The notes under the pieces were generated by a model, which worked only from the letters and a program-made list of their open reading frames with translations, searched no databases and was not told the DNA's origin. A program made the translations under genes and the position numbers. From Alphaproteobacteria bacterium (lineage in GTDB: Bacteria > Pseudomonadota > Alphaproteobacteria > MPNO01 > UBA830): 64,000 nucleotides of DNA. The first letter of the stretch is position 1, and every line of letters begins with the position of its first letter. Below are positions 61,753-64,000 of the stretch, piece after piece. The stretch covers positions 3,296,001 through 3,360,000 of the forward strand of contig OZ251539.1 in NCBI GenBank assembly GCA_965243135.1, written 5' to 3'.

Positions 61753-61778
61753 AAAAAAGGGCCGCCCGAAGGCGGCCC
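61753..61778 (-). terminator. Rho-independent terminator of the sRNA
   Basis: GGGCCGCC-ttcg-GGCGGCCC followed by T6. Confidence 0.85.
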
Positions 61779-61846
61779 AGTTGGATAGGGAGGAAACGTC
61801 CAAGAAAACGATGAAACACAGGCCGCTTGGACAACCAACCCGTGTG
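61753..61846 (-). ncRNA. SuhB/MmgR-like alphaproteobacterial sRNA
   Basis: Minus strand: ..cttggacgTTTCCTCCCTatccaact followed by a terminator; tccaag/cttgga stem; TATATT -10 with overlapping TGC-N3-GCA; near the N-formylglutamate amidohydrolase gene. Confidence 0.7.
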
Positions 61847-62045
61847 CGATGCAATATATCGTTCGTTCACGAACGAATCAAGGGAATGGACTGAATCGGG
61901 TGAAAAATTTTTTCGCCTCTCCCGAAAACCGTCCCGATCCCGGAAAAATGGTGCATTGCACAATCGCTTCCGGGCCCCGCGGGCGGCGGTTGAACTTCCC
62001 GACGGAAGGCCCTATGGTCCTCGCCATGCAGATCGGGAAGCTGCG

Positions 62046-63422
62046 GTGAGCCGACTCGTCGTCGTATCGAACCGGGTCGCCCCCGTAGGCGAAGGAGAAA
62101 CCGTCATCGGCGGCCTTGCGGTCGCCGTGCTCGCCGCGCTCAGGGAGACCGGCGGCATCTGGTTCGGCTGGAGCGGGGAAACGGCGGAACGGCGCCCGGC
62201 CGGGCCCGCGCTCAACGTTCAGGACAACCTGACGATCGCGACGGTCGACCTGACCGAAAGGGACGTCGACGAGTACTACAACGGCTTCTCCAACGGCGCC
62301 CTGTGGCCGCTGCTGCACTATCGGCTGGACCTGTCGCGCTTCCATCGCCACGACTATCTCGGCTACATGCGGGTCAACGACTGGCTGGCGCGCAAGCTGC
62401 TGGAGCTGCTCGAACCCGGCGACACGATCTGGGTTCACGACTACCATCTGATCCCGCTCGCAAGAATCCTCCGCCAGATGGGCAGCGCCAACCGCATCGG
62501 CTTCTTTTCGCACACCCCGTTCCCGCCGACCGATCTCTTCGTCGCGCTGCCGTGGCATGAGGCGTTGCTGGAAGCGTTGTGCGACTACGACCTGATCGGC
62601 TTTCAGACGGCGCACGATCTCGCCGCGTTCCACGACTGCGTGCGGACCGCCGGCGGCGGCAACGTCGCGGACGACGACACCGTCGAGGCGTTCGGACGCA
62701 GAGCGCGGGCGGGCGTCTTTCCCATCGGGCTGGATACGGACAACGTCCGCAAGTTGGCCGCGAAGCACAATCGCTCGCGGATCTACCGGCGGCTGAAGGA
62801 AGTGCTGCACGAACGCAGCATGATCGTCGGCGTCGACCGGCTCGACTACAGCAAGGGTCTCGTCGACCGTTTCCAAGCCTACGGCAAATTGCTGGAACTG
62901 TACGGCAACCTGCGCGGCAAGGTCACGCTGATGCAGGTCGCGCCGCCCTCGCGCACCGACGTCTACGGTTACGACGAGATCCGAACCGAGCTCGAAAACC
63001 TGACCGGCCACATCAACGGCCGGTTCGCGGACTTCGACTGGGTGCCCGTGCGCTACCTCAACCGCAGCTTCGCACGGGACATGCTCACCTGCTTCTATCG
63101 CGGAGCGGCGGTCGGACTGGTGACGCCGCTGCGCGACGGGATGAATCTCGTGGCCAAGGAATACGTGGCGTCGCAGAACCCGGAGCGTCCGGGCGTGCTG
63201 GTGCTGTCGCGGTTCGCCGGCGCGGCCGAGGACATGAAGGAAGCGCTGATCGTCAACCCCTACGACCACGACGAGGTCGCCAACGCGCTGTATCGCTCGC
63301 TTCACATGCCGCTGGGCGAGCGCCGCAGGCGCTGGCGCGCCTTGATGGACGGACTCGTCGACCGGGACGTTCACGCCTGGCGCCGCCGTTTCCTCGAAGA
63401 ACTGGAGAGAACCAGCGGATAA
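62046..63422 (+). CDS. otsA: Trehalose-6-phosphate synthase
   Basis: [46 protein letters not shown]. Confidence 0.96.
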   Translation: MSRLVVVSNRVAPVGEGETVIGGLAVAVLAALRETGGIWFGWSGETAERRPAGPALNVQDNLTIATVDLTERDVDEYYNGFSNGALWPLLHYRLDLSRFHRHDYLGYMRVNDWLARKLLELLEPGDTIWVHDYHLIPLARILRQMGSANRIGFFSHTPFPPTDLFVALPWHEALLEALCDYDLIGFQTAHDLAAFHDCVRTAGGGNVADDDTVEAFGRRARAGVFPIGLDTDNVRKLAAKHNRSRIYRRLKEVLHERSMIVGVDRLDYSKGLVDRFQAYGKLLELYGNLRGKVTLMQVAPPSRTDVYGYDEIRTELENLTGHINGRFADFDWVPVRYLNRSFARDMLTCFYRGAAVGLVTPLRDGMNLVAKEYVASQNPERPGVLVLSRFAGAAEDMKEALIVNPYDHDEVANALYRSLHMPLGERRRRWRALMDGLVDRDVHAWRRRFLEELERTSG

Positions 63423-63504
63423 CGGCCGCCTTTCCCCTTCGTGAAGGTCGCCTATACTGAGGACGATGCCGGGCGCAGCCCGTTGCAACAGGGGAGAGAA
63501 ACAA

Positions 63505-64000
63505 ATGAAGACGCTACTGTCCGCGGCCGCGGCCGCCGTCGCTCTGTGCTCCTTGTCCGCGCACTCCGCGACCCTGACGATTTCGATATGGGGCGGCGGT
63601 TACGGCGCGATGTGGAAGAAGCACGCCGCCGAGCCCTTCGAAAAGAAGACCGGGCACAAGGTCGTCGTCGACGGCGGCCGTTCGAGCGAACGCCTGTCGA
63701 AGCTGATCGCCACCAAGGGCAGAGGCACGGATCTGATATTCCTGACCGACTACCAGATGGCCATCGCGAGGGAGAAAGGCCTCCTCGCGCCCGTCGACGC
63801 CGCCAACGTCGGATCGATGGGCGAGCTCTACGACTTCGCGAAGGATCCGCTGGGCGGCGGGTTGTGTCCCGCGATAACCGTGATCGGCGCCGGCCTCGCC
63901 TACAACAAGACCCATTTCGCGGCGCCGCCCGATTCCTGGAACGACCTGTTCCGCGCGGACCTCAAGGCGCGGCCCGGCTATCCCAACATCTCTCAATCCT
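63505..64000 (+). CDS. ABC transporter substrate-binding protein (PotD/PotF-like), 3' truncated
   Basis: Purine-rich upstream region, signal peptide MKTLLSAAAAAVALCSL, WGGGY..PFEKKTG, P.SW.DL; open to the window end. Confidence 0.8.
   Translation, partial: MKTLLSAAAAAVALCSLSAHSATLTISIWGGGYGAMWKKHAAEPFEKKTGHKVVVDGGRSSERLSKLIATKGRGTDLIFLTDYQMAIAREKGLLAPVDAANVGSMGELYDFAKDPLGGGLCPAITVIGAGLAYNKTHFAAPPDSWNDLFRADLKARPGYPNISQS

Overview
High-GC alphaproteobacterial chromosome segment. The holA-lptE-leuS-DUF3576 synteny and a SuhB/MmgR-like sRNA support this; a host-associated lifestyle is only an inference from paralog expansions and decay. Housekeeping and metabolic genes (holA, lptE, leuS, glnS, ppk1-ppx, pyrK/pyrD/pyrE, tRNA-Val, otsA, transporters) are interrupted by two lower-GC accessory islands. 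Island 1 (~7.6-14.5 kb) is an operon of an unknown gene, three tandem DUF2791/BrxD-like ATPases and an Lhr-type helicase, with no pglX/pglZ or TerB gene. Island 2 (~36.4-49.2 kb) is the best candidate for an undescribed system: a coupled operon of PP-loop/PAPS-reductase-like protein, cysteine desulfurase, GHKL ATPase, two unknown proteins and a DUF262/HNH-like protein. Its first gene carries an in-frame C19 tract typical of phase variation, an SBD-like HNH nuclease lies upstream, and a diverged second copy of the two unknown genes lies downstream. Also present are three mosaic AAA/PD-(D/E)XK paralogs, decayed ISKra4-like and IS630 elements, and a recurrent small-deletion signature. All family assignments come from motif recognition by eye; no searches were run.
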